Positions 48,250 to 59,600 are shown, numbered from the stretch's first letter. The stretch is DNA of 64,000 bases from Candidatus Latescibacterota bacterium (GCA_965205655.1 CBDBIJ010000058.1:1-64000); one strand, 5' to 3'. Numbers and translations: made by a program. Notes: generated by a model from the sequence alone, not told the origin.

Positions 48250-48885
48250 ATGATGATCACCGACAAAGAGACGAGCAGCGTCCAGTCATCCATCCGCGGG
48301 GGCCGGGACGGCCGTCGATCCAGGCTGCGGGTGCTGAACCGAATCGTGTTTATGGGATGCGCCGTATTCATCCCGCTCTATATCGGCATACGGCTCACCG
48401 GGGGCTCGGCGGAAAAGCTCAACGAGCTGCCCGATCTGCTCGACCGCGTCAAGACCCCCATTCTTTGGGAGGTGCCCGCAGACGGCCTACGCTACCTTCA
48501 CTTCCATCACGGCGAGGCGCGCCAGGATCACAAGTTCGTCCTCGTGCGCCTGCGGATGCAGGCCCGCATGAAGATCGCGTATCCGATCGTGCCGCACTGC
48601 TTCAGGCTACTGGCCGACGACGGCAGTCTTCATTTTCCGCTATCGCGCTCGCCCCTGTTCATCGACAAAGGCACAAATGAATTCTACCTCGATCGCGACG
48701 ACTCCTTTGAAGGTGAGCTGCTGTTCGAGATTCCGCAGTCGCTGGATGCGGAGCGGCTGCTGTTCGATCGCTACGTGAGGAGCGGGGAGGAAGGTGAGAG
48801 CGGGACCGAAAGCACGGACGCTGGCCTGGGCGAAACCCGCGGAACAGGCGGCGCGAAGCTCGGTTCCGACACATCAACACACTAA
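48250..48885 (+). CDS. Hypothetical single-TM protein with a beta-sandwich (DUF4352-like) domain
   Basis: One TM, then KFVLVRL...FRL...GELLFEIP. Confidence 0.6.
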   Translation: MMITDKETSSVQSSIRGGRDGRRSRLRVLNRIVFMGCAVFIPLYIGIRLTGGSAEKLNELPDLLDRVKTPILWEVPADGLRYLHFHHGEARQDHKFVLVRLRMQARMKIAYPIVPHCFRLLADDGSLHFPLSRSPLFIDKGTNEFYLDRDDSFEGELLFEIPQSLDAERLLFDRYVRSGEEGESGTESTDAGLGETRGTGGAKLGSDTSTH

Positions 48886-48898
48886 CGGGGAGTTTGAC

Positions 48899-49997
48899 AT
48901 GCCCACACTCGCAGAGACCATCGTCGACTACCAGCAGCGACTCGAACGCGTCCGGGGGTATCTTTGACGTCGATGGAAAAAAGCAGGAGCTGACGTCGCT
49001 CGAACAGCGGATGGGCCAGCCAGATTTCTGGAACGACCGCCAACAGGCCGAGGTGATTTCTCGCCGGGCAGGACAGCTGAAGGAGAGAGTCGGCCAGTGG
49101 TCGGATCTGCAGCGACAGCTCGACGACCTGACCGAGTTGCACGCCATGGCCGTCGAGGAGAGTGACGAGTCAGCGCTGGAGGACCTGGAGTCGGAGGCGG
49201 CCGACATGGGCGCCGAGATCGAAACGCTCGAGCTGCGCAACATGCTCGACGAGGAGGATGACGACAAGAACGCCATCCTCGAGATCCACGCCGGGGCGGG
49301 AGGCACAGAAGCAGCGGACTGGGCCGAAATGCTTATGAGGCTTTACGTCCGATGGATGGAGCGCAACGGATTTCAGAGCCAGGTGATGGATCTGCAGGCC
49401 GGCGAAGAGGCGGGGATCAAGGGGGCAACCATCGGAGTAACCGGCCCCTACGCCTACGGCTACCTCAAGGCCGAGGCGGGGGTCCACCGACTCGTACGCA
49501 TTTCCCCCTTCGACGCGAACAAGCGACGGCACACATCCTTCGCATCCGTTTTCGCCTACCCCGAGGTGGAAGATGTCCCGGACCTGGAGCTCAAAGACGA
49601 GGACCTGCAAATAGAAACGTTCCGGGCCGGCGGCGCCGGGGGACAGCACGTGAACAAGACCTCCTCCGCGGTGCGTATCACACACATCCCGACGCAGATT
49701 ACGGTCCAATGCCAGAACGAGCGGTCTCAATTCAAGAACAAGTCGACGGCCCTGAAAGTTCTGCGGGCGCGAGTGTATCAATTTCATAAGGACGAGGAGC
49801 AGAAAAAGCTTGATGAGGTGCAGAGCTCGAAGAAAAGCATCGACTTCGGCAGCCAGATGCGCTCCTATGTCTTCCACCCCTACAACAAGGTCAAGGATCA
49901 CCGCACCGGCCACGAGACCAGCAACGTGCAGGCGGTGATGGATGGCGATATCGAGAGTTTTATCAAGGCCTATCTCACCGAGGCCAAGACGAGCTGA
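48899..49997 (+). CDS. prfB: Peptide chain release factor 2 with programmed +1 frameshift
   Basis: ATG 48899 MPTLAET...RGYL, then CTT-TGA-C (48962-48968) after an internal SD-like GGGGG. SPF and GGQ motifs are present. Confidence 0.97.
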
Positions 49998-50005
49998 CTC
50001 GCCCT

Positions 50006-51259
50006 GTGACGTACGAACTATTCATCGCTCGCCGCTACCTTCAATCAAAACAGAAAACGGGATTCATCTCGATCATCTCCTTCATCGCCGTGAGCGGTGT
50101 CATCCTCGGCGTGGCTGCCCTCATCATCATGCTGTCGGTGACGAACGGCTTCACCGGCGAGGTCAGGAACAGGCTCATCGGCATGAACGCCCACGTGAAG
50201 ATCGTGAAGTACCACGGCGAGGGGATTGATCAGTACGAAGATCTTATCGAACAGGTGAGAGCCGTGGACGGTGTCGCCTCAGCCGCTCCCGTCATTGAGG
50301 GAAAACTGGTCCTGACCAACCTCAAGGACATGGACGGCGTTCTGCTGTGGGGGGTGGACGGCGACAGTTTCGCTGCCGTCTCCGATCTGACCGATCACCT
50401 CCAGTACGATCCGGACAAGAAGCTGCAATTCGGCCTGCCGCCGGGGCGGGAGTCGCCCGGCATCGTCCTCGGGGCTTTCCTGGCAAGCCGGCTGCGTGTG
50501 GGACCGGGTGATGACGTATACCTGGTAACGCTCAAGGACCTGGATTTCGAGGATGTGGTCATGGGGGGAATAACCCCCAGGCTCAAATCGTTCGTCGTCA
50601 CCGATCTGTTTGAAACCGGGATGTACCACTACGACGCCAGTTCCGTCTTTATTTCGCTCCAGGAGGCGCAGCGAACTCTCGGCCTGGGCGAAGCCATCAC
50701 CAGCGTCCACCTTCGCGTCGACGAACTCGACGAGGCCGTGGCGATTCGCCGGCAACTGAAGCACACTCTCGGCTATCCGTACAAGGTGACCGACTGGACT
50801 CAAGAATTTCCGGAGCTGTTCCAGTGGATGGAGCTGGAAAAGTGGGTAATTTTCATTGCCCTGAGCCTCATCATCCTCGTCGCGGCGTTCAATATCATGT
50901 CGATTCTGAGCATGTCCATCCTCATCAAAACGCCCGAAATCGGAATCTTGAGGGCGATGGGGGCGAGGGCGAAGGGAATCCGGCGAATTTTCGTCTATCA
51001 GGGTCTCTTCATCGGCGGTTTCGGAACTCTCCTCGGCTGTCTGACGGGATTCGTCGTCTGCTGGCTGCAGGACCGTTTTGACTTGATTTCGCTTCCCGCC
51101 GATATCTACATCATCAGTGCCCTGCCCGTCGATATGCAGCCGCAGGACTTCGCCATCGTGTCGCTCGTCAGTCTCAGCATCTGCTTGCTGGCGTCCTCAT
51201 ACCCGGCACGCAAGGCATCAGCGCTGCAGCCGGTGGAGGCCATCAGGTATGTCATGTAG
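50006..51259 (+). CDS. Lipoprotein-releasing ABC transporter permease (LolC/E family)
   Basis: ELFIARRYL, GVILGVAALII.LSV.NGF, LVAAFNI, EIGILRAMG and YPARKA. Confidence 0.92.
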   Translation: MTYELFIARRYLQSKQKTGFISIISFIAVSGVILGVAALIIMLSVTNGFTGEVRNRLIGMNAHVKIVKYHGEGIDQYEDLIEQVRAVDGVASAAPVIEGKLVLTNLKDMDGVLLWGVDGDSFAAVSDLTDHLQYDPDKKLQFGLPPGRESPGIVLGAFLASRLRVGPGDDVYLVTLKDLDFEDVVMGGITPRLKSFVVTDLFETGMYHYDASSVFISLQEAQRTLGLGEAITSVHLRVDELDEAVAIRRQLKHTLGYPYKVTDWTQEFPELFQWMELEKWVIFIALSLIILVAAFNIMSILSMSILIKTPEIGILRAMGARAKGIRRIFVYQGLFIGGFGTLLGCLTGFVVCWLQDRFDLISLPADIYIISALPVDMQPQDFAIVSLVSLSICLLASSYPARKASALQPVEAIRYVM

Positions 51260-51274
51260 TCGGAGGTATGCGGA

Positions 51275-52009
51275 TTGACGGCGCCTGACCACACCACCTC
51301 AGACGCGGCGCTGCGGGCGAGGGGAATACGAAAGGTCTACCGGTCGGGAGCCGAGGAGTTGGAGATCCTCAGAAACATCGACCTCGAAGTGCACCGGGGA
51401 GAGGTGCTGGCGATCACCGGCCCGTCCGGCGTCGGCAAGAGCACGCTGCTGCACATTCTGGGCACACTCGACCGACCTTCAGACGGCGATCTGGAGATCT
51501 GTTCTCAGGACGTGCTTGGGCTCAACTCGGACGAGCTAGCCGATTTTCGCAATCGACATATCGGCTTTGTATTCCAGTTTCACAATCTGCTGCCCGAGTT
51601 CACGGCGCTCGAGAATGTTCTGCTGCCGGCCATGATTCGCTCGCCGGCACGCGGAGGAGGGGGAGGAGTGAAAGAGCGCGGCCCCCGGGCGGTGGAAGAA
51701 AGGGCGGTGGAGCTTCTGGACCGCGTCGGGCTGCAGAGGCGTCTCCATCACCGCCCGGGAGAGCTATCGGGGGGTGAATGTCAGCGTGTCGCCGTCGTCC
51801 GGGCCCTCATCATGAACCCCTTCCTCGTGCTGGCGGACGAGCCCTCCGGAAACCTGGATGCCCAGGCCAGCGAGGTGCTCCACGACATCATCATGGAGCT
51901 GGCCAACTCCGAAAATCAGACATTCATGGTCATGACTCACGACCGTACTCTGGCGGCCAGACTCGATCGCGCCGGATACCTCGAAGCGGGTATCCTGCAT
52001 CTGAACTGA
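51275..52009 (+). CDS. lolD: Lipoprotein-releasing ABC transporter ATPase
   Basis: GPSGVGKSTLLH, GFVFQFHNLLPEF, LSGGE and LADEPSGNLD. Confidence 0.92.
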   Translation: MTAPDHTTSDAALRARGIRKVYRSGAEELEILRNIDLEVHRGEVLAITGPSGVGKSTLLHILGTLDRPSDGDLEICSQDVLGLNSDELADFRNRHIGFVFQFHNLLPEFTALENVLLPAMIRSPARGGGGGVKERGPRAVEERAVELLDRVGLQRRLHHRPGELSGGECQRVAVVRALIMNPFLVLADEPSGNLDAQASEVLHDIIMELANSENQTFMVMTHDRTLAARLDRAGYLEAGILHLN

Positions 52010-52710
52010 TGGCACAGAATTCGCCGTCCTCGATGTGCGAATCCTGCGGGGAGCAGGAAGCGACTATCCTGTTTACGCGAATCGAAGCCGACGAGAAGCA
52101 GACACTCAGGCTGTGCTCGGCCTGCGCTTCTCGAGAGGCCGAGCGGGCTGGAACAGCGCCAAAGAAGAAGCGGGATTTAAAGACTTCCGCGAAAGCGCCG
52201 GCCAAGAAAATCAAAGCAGGGCAGCCAATCGAGGACGGGACAGAGAAGAAAGTCGTGGAGGTCAATGTCGTCGTCGGACATCTGGCCAAGACGAAGAGTG
52301 GCAAATCGGTTCCGTGCCCGCGATGTGGCATGACCTACGAGCAGTTTCGCAAGGGGGGCCGCTTCGGATGCAGCGACTGCTACGAAGCTTTCTCATCGGA
52401 GCTGGGACGACTCTTCAAGCGAATCCACAGAGCCGAGCAACACGCCGGGAAGAGCCCGCAGGCTCCACCGGAGGCGGTCGACGATGAGGTTGCGGCGGAT
52501 CGCGGGCAGCCGAGGGGCGAGCGCACGTCGCAAATAGTTTCCGCGGGGGAGGAAATTCCCGCCGATATCGCGACTCGTGAGGCGGAGCTGGCGCAGCTCA
52601 GCGCGCAGCTGGAGGAAGCCGTGCAGAAGGAGGACTACGAGCGAGCTGCCGAGCTTCGCGATCGAATCGCAAACCTGGAAACCGTCGGGCCAGACGACGA
52701 AGGCTTGTAG
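52009..52710 (+). CDS. mcsA: McsA (CXXC + UvrB/C motif activator)
   Basis: Four CXXC motifs (CESC, CSAC, CPRC, CSDC) and EDYERAAELRDRI. The start overlaps the lolD stop. Confidence 0.88.
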   Translation: MAQNSPSSMCESCGEQEATILFTRIEADEKQTLRLCSACASREAERAGTAPKKKRDLKTSAKAPAKKIKAGQPIEDGTEKKVVEVNVVVGHLAKTKSGKSVPCPRCGMTYEQFRKGGRFGCSDCYEAFSSELGRLFKRIHRAEQHAGKSPQAPPEAVDDEVAADRGQPRGERTSQIVSAGEEIPADIATREAELAQLSAQLEEAVQKEDYERAAELRDRIANLETVGPDDEGL

Positions 52711-52723
52711 CTACGAAGGTAGG

Positions 52724-53818
52724 ATGGAACTGCACAATCTCGTACAGTCGGCGCCGAGCTGGCTGAGCGGCACCGACGATGCCGGCGGCATCGTCATCAG
52801 CTGCCGGGTACGCCTGGCGAGAAACTTGGCTTCATACCCATTCACCTCAGCGATATCGGTGTCGGAGCAAGAGCGCCTGATCGAGGCGGTGTTGGGAGCC
52901 GCGAAAGGCAGCGCCCAACTCGCCACAGCGAACTTCTTCAACATGGGGACCCTCGACCGCAACGATCGTCGCGTTCTCGTGGAGCGCCACCTCATCTCTC
53001 CGGCCCTCGCAGACGGGAAAGGGCAGCGGGGCGTCCTGTTCAACGCCGACGAATCGCTCAGTGCCATGATCAACGAGGAGGACCACCTGCGCCTCCAGGC
53101 CATCGTCTCCGGGCAGCGCGCCGCCGAAGCATGGGATAGCGTCAACGCGCTGGACGACGAACTCGCCGGAAGCCTGGAGTGCGCCTATTCACAGAAACTG
53201 GGATATCTGACTGCCTGCCCGACGAACACGGGGACCGGACTGCGCGTGTCCGTCCTCATGCATCTCCCGGCTCTCGTGCTCACCGAGGATATGGAGCGCG
53301 TCATGCAAGGGCTCAGTCAACTCTCATTTACCGTGCGGGGCGTCTACGGTGAGGGGACGAACGCCGCCGGAAACCTGTTTCAGGTGTCGAACCAGTCGAC
53401 TCTGGGAAGCTCGGAGAATAAGATCGTCGAAGGGCTCGTCGGTATCACCCGGAGCCTCGTAGAGTTCGAGCGCGATGCTCAGGAAACTTTGATCGCTGAG
53501 GCGCGTTCTCAAGTGGAAGACAAGGTGTGGCGGGCATTCGGTTTGCTTGCGAATGCCCGAGTCCTCAGCAGTCAGGAATTCATGAATCTCCTATCGGCGG
53601 TGCGGTTGGGGTTCAGCCTCTCGCTCATAGAGCACATCCCCCCGAGCTTCATGAACTATCTGATGATTGTTACCCAACCCGCCCACCTGCAGGCCGACGC
53701 CCAGAAAGGGCTGCAGCCGGAGGAACGAGACCTGCGACGGGCCGAAATCGTGCGCACGCGGTTCGAGGATCTGACCCGGCCTCGCCCGGAAGACGGAGTG
53801 CCGCCCGCCCAAGGTTGA
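52724..53818 (+). CDS. mcsB: Protein arginine kinase
   Basis: SCRVRLARN, LVERHLISP, INEEDHLR, TACPTNTGTG, RGVYGEG and FQVSNQ. Confidence 0.93.
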   Translation: MELHNLVQSAPSWLSGTDDAGGIVISCRVRLARNLASYPFTSAISVSEQERLIEAVLGAAKGSAQLATANFFNMGTLDRNDRRVLVERHLISPALADGKGQRGVLFNADESLSAMINEEDHLRLQAIVSGQRAAEAWDSVNALDDELAGSLECAYSQKLGYLTACPTNTGTGLRVSVLMHLPALVLTEDMERVMQGLSQLSFTVRGVYGEGTNAAGNLFQVSNQSTLGSSENKIVEGLVGITRSLVEFERDAQETLIAEARSQVEDKVWRAFGLLANARVLSSQEFMNLLSAVRLGFSLSLIEHIPPSFMNYLMIVTQPAHLQADAQKGLQPEERDLRRAEIVRTRFEDLTRPRPEDGVPPAQG

Positions 53819-53917
53819 TCTCACCGAGCATTGCCACGGGCATAAAACATCCGGGGTCGGGGGACGTAACGGGCGCTGTGATTGGCGCCCGGTCGGGTGT
53901 AGCAATAGCGGCTGCGC

Positions 53918-53946
53918 TTGACAACAAATCACCATTTTGGTACGTT
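53918..53946 (+). promoter_or_regulatory. sigma70-type internal promoter for clpC
   Basis: TTGACA, 17 nt, TACGTT. AGGAGG RBS precedes ATG 54030. Confidence 0.6.
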
Positions 53947-54029
53947 GAAAATTCCGGGGAGTTGCGATAGGTTCCCGTTTTTATAGGGACTTACGCCGGC
54001 TCGCCGGGCACTCAGGAGGACAGCGGTTC

Positions 54030-56498
54030 ATGAATAACATGTTTACGGATGGGGTCAAACGGGTGATGCAGTACGCCCGCGAAGAGTCGGCGCGGCTGGG
54101 CCACAACTACATCGGCACCGAGCATCTCCTTCTCGGCATTATCAAGGAGGGCAAGGGCAAGGCGGTGACGGTTCTGACGAACCTGGGGCTCAACCTCGAG
54201 ACGGTGAAGCAGTCGGTGGAGGACTATGTGGCCACCTCCGGCGGCACGATGACGATCGGCGAGGTGCCCTTCACGCCGCGCGCGAAGCAGATCCTGGAGG
54301 TGGCGGCCAACGAGGCCAAGGAGATGAAGACCCAGTTCGTGGACGTGGAGCACCTCCTTCTCGCGCTGCTCAAAGACAAGGAAGGAGTGGCGGCGCAGAT
54401 TCTGGCGGCCTTCGGTGTCGACTACAAAACGGTACTCGAAGAAACAGTGGCCGTCCTGGAGGGGAAAACCACCGGACAGAAGGAGAAGGGGAAGAAGAGC
54501 AAGACCCCCTTCCTCGACCACTTCGGTCGCGATCTGACGCAACTTGCCCGGGAGGGGAAGCTGGATCCGGTGATCGGCCGGGAGAAGGAGATCGAGCGAG
54601 TCACACAGATTCTCTCCCGCCGCAAGAAAAACAACCCCATCCTCATCGGCGATCCAGGTGTTGGCAAGACCGCCATCGTAGAGGGACTGGCCCAGCTCGT
54701 GGTCGAGAAGCGGGTTCCCCAGATCCTGCTCGACAAGCGGTTGGTGACCCTCGACATGGGAGGGGTAGTGGCCGGCACCAAGTACCGGGGCCAGTTCGAG
54801 GAACGCATCAAGGCCGTGTTGAACGAACTGCAGCAGAACCCGGATGTCGTCATCTTCATCGATGAGCTTCACACTATCGTCGGTGCCGGCAGCGCCGAGG
54901 GGACGCTCGACGCCTCCAACATGTTCAAGCCCGCTCTATCGCGCGGCGAGCTGCAGTGCATCGGCGCCACGACTCTGGACGAATACCGCAAATACATCGA
55001 AAAGGACGGGGCGCTCGAGCGGCGGTTTCAGACTATCATGGTCGAGCCGCCCAGCGTGCCGGATACCGTCGAGATCGTCAAGGGACTGCGCTCGAACTAC
55101 GAGGCGCACCACCACGTGACATTTTCCGACGAGGTCATCACCTACGCCGTGCGGCAGGCCGACCGCTACATCTCCGATCGGTATCTTCCGGACAAGGCGA
55201 TCGACGTCATCGACGAGACTGGCTCGAGGGTTCACCTGGCGAGGCTGAGTCCGCCTGATGAGATCGGCCAGCTCGAGGCGAAGATCCAAGAAGTCGACCG
55301 CCGCAAGCTCGAGTGCTCGGAGCGTCAGGAGTTCGAGGAGGCGGCGAAGCTCCGCGATGAAGCACTCACCCAGCGAGAGGCACTGCAACAGAAGCGCCGG
55401 TCGTGGGAGGAGGAGGTGCGCAGCGAAGTCGTGGAGGTGACCGACGACGACATCGCCGAGGTGGTCTCGTCCATGTCGGGAGTGCCGATTCAGCGTCTGG
55501 CCGCCAGTGAAAGCGAGCGCCTGCTCGCCATGGAGGAGGAACTGAGGAAGGTCGTCGTGGGTCAGGAGCAGGCCGTGGCCACAGTGTCGAGAGCCATCAG
55601 GCGCAGCCGGGCGGGGTTGCAGGACCCGAAGCAACCGATCGGTTCATTCATCTTTCTCGGACCCACGGGCGTCGGCAAGACGTATCTGGCGGCGAAGCTG
55701 GCCGAGTTTCTGTTCGGTGATGAAGACTCTCTCATCACCGTCGACATGTCCGAATACATGGAGAAGTTTTCCGTGTCGCGCCTCATCGGGGCCCCACCGG
55801 GCTACGTCGGCTTCGACGAAGGGGGTCAGCTCACAGAGCGGGTGCGACGGCGTCCGTATTCGGTGGTGCTGCTCGACGAGATAGAGAAAGCCCATCCCGA
55901 CGTCTTCAACATCCTGCTTCAGATCCTCGATGAGGGACGGCTCACGGACAGCACGGGTCGCAAAGTCGACTTCCGCAACACCGTTCTCATCATGACGTCG
56001 AATGTTGGCAGCAGGGAGGTCGGCTCGGGCGGAGTTCTCGGCTTCCAGAAATCAGATGCCGACTCGTTTCAGAAGATCCTGGAGGGCAAGATCACGGACG
56101 CCATGAAGAAGACGTTCAATCCGGAGTTTCTCAACCGGATCGACGATACCGTCATCTTCCACACGCTGCGAAAAGAGGATATCACCGCCATCATCGAGAT
56201 CGTCCTGGCCGAGTTCGAGACCAGACTGGAGGACCGCGACACCGCCCTGAGAGTGACTCCGGGCGCCAAGAGCCTGATCGCAGAAAAGGGATTCGACCAG
56301 ACCTTCGGGGCGCGCTACCTCAAGCGCACGATCCAGAAGCTCCTCGAGGACCCCCTCGCCGAAGAAATCCTTCAGGGTCGCTTCAGCGATGGCAGCCGGA
56401 TTCGGGTTACCAAGAAGGGGGAGGCTCTCGTCTTCGACGATGAGCGGGAACCCCGCGAGGCCGTAGACGCAGAGAAAGAGGAAGAGGCGGCCACATAG
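54030..56498 (+). CDS. clpC: ATP-dependent Clp protease ATPase subunit
   Basis: Clp N-repeats, two Walker A motifs ([16 protein letters not shown]), UVR M-domain and LGF ClpP-docking loop. Confidence 0.96.
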   Translation: MNNMFTDGVKRVMQYAREESARLGHNYIGTEHLLLGIIKEGKGKAVTVLTNLGLNLETVKQSVEDYVATSGGTMTIGEVPFTPRAKQILEVAANEAKEMKTQFVDVEHLLLALLKDKEGVAAQILAAFGVDYKTVLEETVAVLEGKTTGQKEKGKKSKTPFLDHFGRDLTQLAREGKLDPVIGREKEIERVTQILSRRKKNNPILIGDPGVGKTAIVEGLAQLVVEKRVPQILLDKRLVTLDMGGVVAGTKYRGQFEERIKAVLNELQQNPDVVIFIDELHTIVGAGSAEGTLDASNMFKPALSRGELQCIGATTLDEYRKYIEKDGALERRFQTIMVEPPSVPDTVEIVKGLRSNYEAHHHVTFSDEVITYAVRQADRYISDRYLPDKAIDVIDETGSRVHLARLSPPDEIGQLEAKIQEVDRRKLECSERQEFEEAAKLRDEALTQREALQQKRRSWEEEVRSEVVEVTDDDIAEVVSSMSGVPIQRLAASESERLLAMEEELRKVVVGQEQAVATVSRAIRRSRAGLQDPKQPIGSFIFLGPTGVGKTYLAAKLAEFLFGDEDSLITVDMSEYMEKFSVSRLIGAPPGYVGFDEGGQLTERVRRRPYSVVLLDEIEKAHPDVFNILLQILDEGRLTDSTGRKVDFRNTVLIMTSNVGSREVGSGGVLGFQKSDADSFQKILEGKITDAMKKTFNPEFLNRIDDTVIFHTLRKEDITAIIEIVLAEFETRLEDRDTALRVTPGAKSLIAEKGFDQTFGARYLKRTIQKLLEDPLAEEILQGRFSDGSRIRVTKKGEALVFDDEREPREAVDAEKEEEAAT

Positions 56499-56542
56499 TT
56501 GTGCAGATAGAGGACTGGAACTGCGGTCCGCACAAAAGAAAG

Positions 56543-56595
56543 AAGAGCCGCTCTGTCTACGAACTGGAGGCGTGAGAGTAGATAGCGCGGCTCTT
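56543..56595. other. Long intergenic stem-loop between clpC and bamA
   Basis: AAGAGCCGC-T-CTGTCTAC, a 17-nt loop, then GTAGATAG-C-GCGGCTCTT. Confidence 0.6.
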
Positions 56596-56621
56596 TCAAG
56601 TTCGGACACGCCGGAGACTAG

Positions 56622-58955
56622 ATGAGAGACACATCCAAAATCATGAAACGGACCGCCCGCTCGCGACTCCTCTTCGGCGTATGTCTGAGCGCGATGTTGA
56701 CGCTCTCATTCGTCGAGGTGTGTGCGGCACAACCCAACAAAATCAGCACCATTGCCGTGGAGGGAAAGCTGAACCGGGTGGCCGAATCCCTGATACTCTC
56801 GACTATCGGTTTGTCGGAGGGCGTGGAGCTGTCTCAGGAGAACGTCCAGGAGGCCATTCGCGCCTTGTGGGCTTTGAATGTTTTCGAGAACATCGAAATC
56901 TACGCGAAAGAAGCGGACGCCGAAGGTGTGAAGCTAATCGTCGTGGTGGAGGAATACCCCGCCCTGGAGGGGATACGCTTCAAGGGGCACAAGGAGCTCA
57001 AGGAAAAGGAGATGAAGGAGGCGATTGGCCTTGCAGACGGTCAGGTGCTCGCGCCCCGCGACGTCGCCAGAGGCGAACAGACCATTCTCGATCTCTACAA
57101 GGAGAAAGGCTACCTGCGAGCTGAAGTGAAAGGGAAGCTGTTCGACGCCGAGGAGGAGGGAGAGGTTTTTCTTCAATACGACATCGAGGAAGGCAAGAAG
57201 GTCAAGGTCGAACGGATCGATATCCAGAACAACGAGGCCTTCAGCGACGGCAAGATAGCAAAGCAAATGGAGACGAAGGAGAATCGCTGGTGGCGCAAGG
57301 GGGAATTCAAAAGCGAGACCTATCGTGAAGACAAGGAGCGCATACTCGCCTTCTACCGGAGCGAGGGTCATCAGCAGGCGAGCATCGTCCGCGACAGTGT
57401 CTATTACGACGATTCCCGGCAGAAGCTGTACATCGACTTGGAAGTAGAGGAGGGGAATCGCTACCGTCTGGGCGACGTCAGCTGGCAGGGCAATGATCTG
57501 TTCGGGAATGGCGAGCTGCGAGACCAACTGCGTCTCAAAGAGGGCGACGTGATGAAATTCTCCTCACCCGAGTTGGCCTATCTCGTCAAGTCGGCCTACT
57601 ATGAAAAGGGCTATCTCGACACCGAAGTCATTCCCGTCGAGCAGATCCGAGAGGACAGCGTCGACGTCGCTTTCCAGATCTTCGAGGGCGAGCCGTTTCG
57701 GATTCGGCGAATCGAAATCGCGGGGAACATCAAGACGCGCGAAAAAGTCCTGCGACGCGAGATCGAACTGCGCCCTGGGGCCGTTTTCAAGCAGAGTGAA
57801 CTGCAGGAAAGTCAGCGGCGCCTATTCATGCTCGGGTACTTCCGCGACGTACAGATCCGGGACGACTTCAGCCCCATAGCCGGGGACAAATCGGTGGACC
57901 TGACCTTCCATGTGGAGGAGCAGCAGACCGGCGCAGCCTCCATGGGAGCCGGCTACAGCGATCGTGACAGGCTGGTGGCAACCATCGGACTGCAGATCCC
58001 CAACCTGCGCGGCACCGGGCAGCGTCTCGATTTCAACTTGGAATACGGCCAGCGGCGAAACCGGTTTCTCGTCGGATTCACCGAGCCGTGGCTCTTCGAC
58101 ACACCGACGAGCCTTTCGGTACGGGGGTCGCTGTACAGCCAGCAGTATTACCGGAGCTTCGATTTCAAGAGGAAGTCGGTGAAGGTGCGCGTGGGGCGCC
58201 GCCTGAAAAAGCCGGCGCATTCGTCTATTTCGATGGGATACGAGATGCGGGGTGAGCGCTACAGCGATTTCGCAGACGACTACGAGGATCAGCGCAACTC
58301 GCCTCGATTCACGCCGCGCACGACGAGCAGCTTCGACTTGACCTTCCGCCGCGACACGAGGGATTTCCCGGATTTTCCCACCAAAGGCACGGTCTTTACC
58401 TACTCTCCGGAGATCGCCACCTCCGTCATCGCCGGCGACGTGGACTTCCACCGCCACGAGATGAACTTCAACTATTACCGGTCAAGCTGGTGGAAATTCG
58501 TCCTCGCCGTAGAAACGAAGGTCGCTCTCATAGACGGATTTTCCGGCTGGGATGACGAGCACATCTCCTTCTGGGACCGGTTTACACCTGGCGGTGTGGA
58601 CTGGTGGGATGGGCAGGTGCGCGGCTACCGGGACGGCTCTCTGGGGCCCCGGGATGAGCGCAACCGCTTTGAGGGCGGTCGCTCCATGATGACGATCAAC
58701 CTCGAGTACCGATTCCCCATCACCGAGCGCCAGGTCGTGGGTCTCGTCTTTGCCGACGCCGGCAATGCCTGGCGCCGCATTCCCGATGCGAATCCCTTCG
58801 ATCTCCGCCGGTCGGTGGGGGTGGGCTTCCGGGTCATCACACCGATGCTCGGCATGATCGGCTTCGATTTCGCCTACGGCTTCGACCGCAGAGACGTCGA
58901 CGAGCAGCCACCGGGCATGATAACCCACTTCCAATTCGGGCCGAGGTTCTTCTGA
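56622..58955 (+). CDS. bamA: Outer-membrane protein assembly factor
   Basis: Signal peptide, POTRA repeats, GNIKTREKVLRRE, FTEPWLFD, VRGY motif and terminal Phe. Confidence 0.95.
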   Translation: MRDTSKIMKRTARSRLLFGVCLSAMLTLSFVEVCAAQPNKISTIAVEGKLNRVAESLILSTIGLSEGVELSQENVQEAIRALWALNVFENIEIYAKEADAEGVKLIVVVEEYPALEGIRFKGHKELKEKEMKEAIGLADGQVLAPRDVARGEQTILDLYKEKGYLRAEVKGKLFDAEEEGEVFLQYDIEEGKKVKVERIDIQNNEAFSDGKIAKQMETKENRWWRKGEFKSETYREDKERILAFYRSEGHQQASIVRDSVYYDDSRQKLYIDLEVEEGNRYRLGDVSWQGNDLFGNGELRDQLRLKEGDVMKFSSPELAYLVKSAYYEKGYLDTEVIPVEQIREDSVDVAFQIFEGEPFRIRRIEIAGNIKTREKVLRREIELRPGAVFKQSELQESQRRLFMLGYFRDVQIRDDFSPIAGDKSVDLTFHVEEQQTGAASMGAGYSDRDRLVATIGLQIPNLRGTGQRLDFNLEYGQRRNRFLVGFTEPWLFDTPTSLSVRGSLYSQQYYRSFDFKRKSVKVRVGRRLKKPAHSSISMGYEMRGERYSDFADDYEDQRNSPRFTPRTTSSFDLTFRRDTRDFPDFPTKGTVFTYSPEIATSVIAGDVDFHRHEMNFNYYRSSWWKFVLAVETKVALIDGFSGWDDEHISFWDRFTPGGVDWWDGQVRGYRDGSLGPRDERNRFEGGRSMMTINLEYRFPITERQVVGLVFADAGNAWRRIPDANPFDLRRSVGVGFRVITPMLGMIGFDFAYGFDRRDVDEQPPGMITHFQFGPRFF

Positions 58956-59038
58956 CGACTGTAGGCGCTCCCGGAGCCCGGGAATCAGCGTTGCGTGCAG
59001 AAACGCAGCAATCATCGCAACAATGAGGACGTGAAGAC

Positions 59039-59600
59039 ATGAAGCGATCCGGTCCGATCCCCCTCCTCCTCGCGCTCGGAGTGGCCTTCCAGGCGTCGGC
59101 AGTGACGGCCGCTCAGAAGATAGGCTACATCGACTCGCAAGTTCTGCGCGAGAGGTTGCCGGAATTCAAGACGGCGCAGCGCAAGCTGGAGCGTCTCAAA
59201 CAGCAGTACGAGCAGGAAGCGGGGGAGCGGCAGAGCAAACTTCTCAGGCTTCAGGAGGATTTCAGGAAGCAGGAACTCCTCATGAGCGAAGCGCGCAAGG
59301 TCGAGATGCAAGCCCAGTTCGACGAGCGGGTACGCGAGCTCCAGGAGTTCACGGAATCGAAGTTCGGACCCGACGGCGAGCTCTTTCAGCAGAAACGTCA
59401 AACTGTCGTCGCCGATCTTCGAACAGGTGAACGCCGCCCTTGAGGTTCTCGCCATAGAAGAGGGGTTCGACTTCATTTTCGACGTCGCCATCAACGGTGC
59501 CATCGTCTACGCCGATCCCGATCGCTACAACCTGACGGCGCAGGTGCTGGAGCGGCTGGAGAAGGCGCGCGAAGAGCAGGAGAAGGCAAAGCAGCAATGA
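59039..59600 (+). CDS. skp: OmpH/Skp chaperone with one +1 frameshift near 59393
   Basis: QKIGYIDSQ...LPEF. Removing one A continues the frame as NVKLSSPIFEQV...GFDFIFD...IVYADP...NLTAQVL to TGA 59598-59600. Confidence 0.88.

Noticed and set aside
53819..54029. CtsR box or CIRCE operator before clpC
   Set aside because: No GGTCAAA direct repeat or TTAGCACTC-N9-GAGTGCTAA was found.
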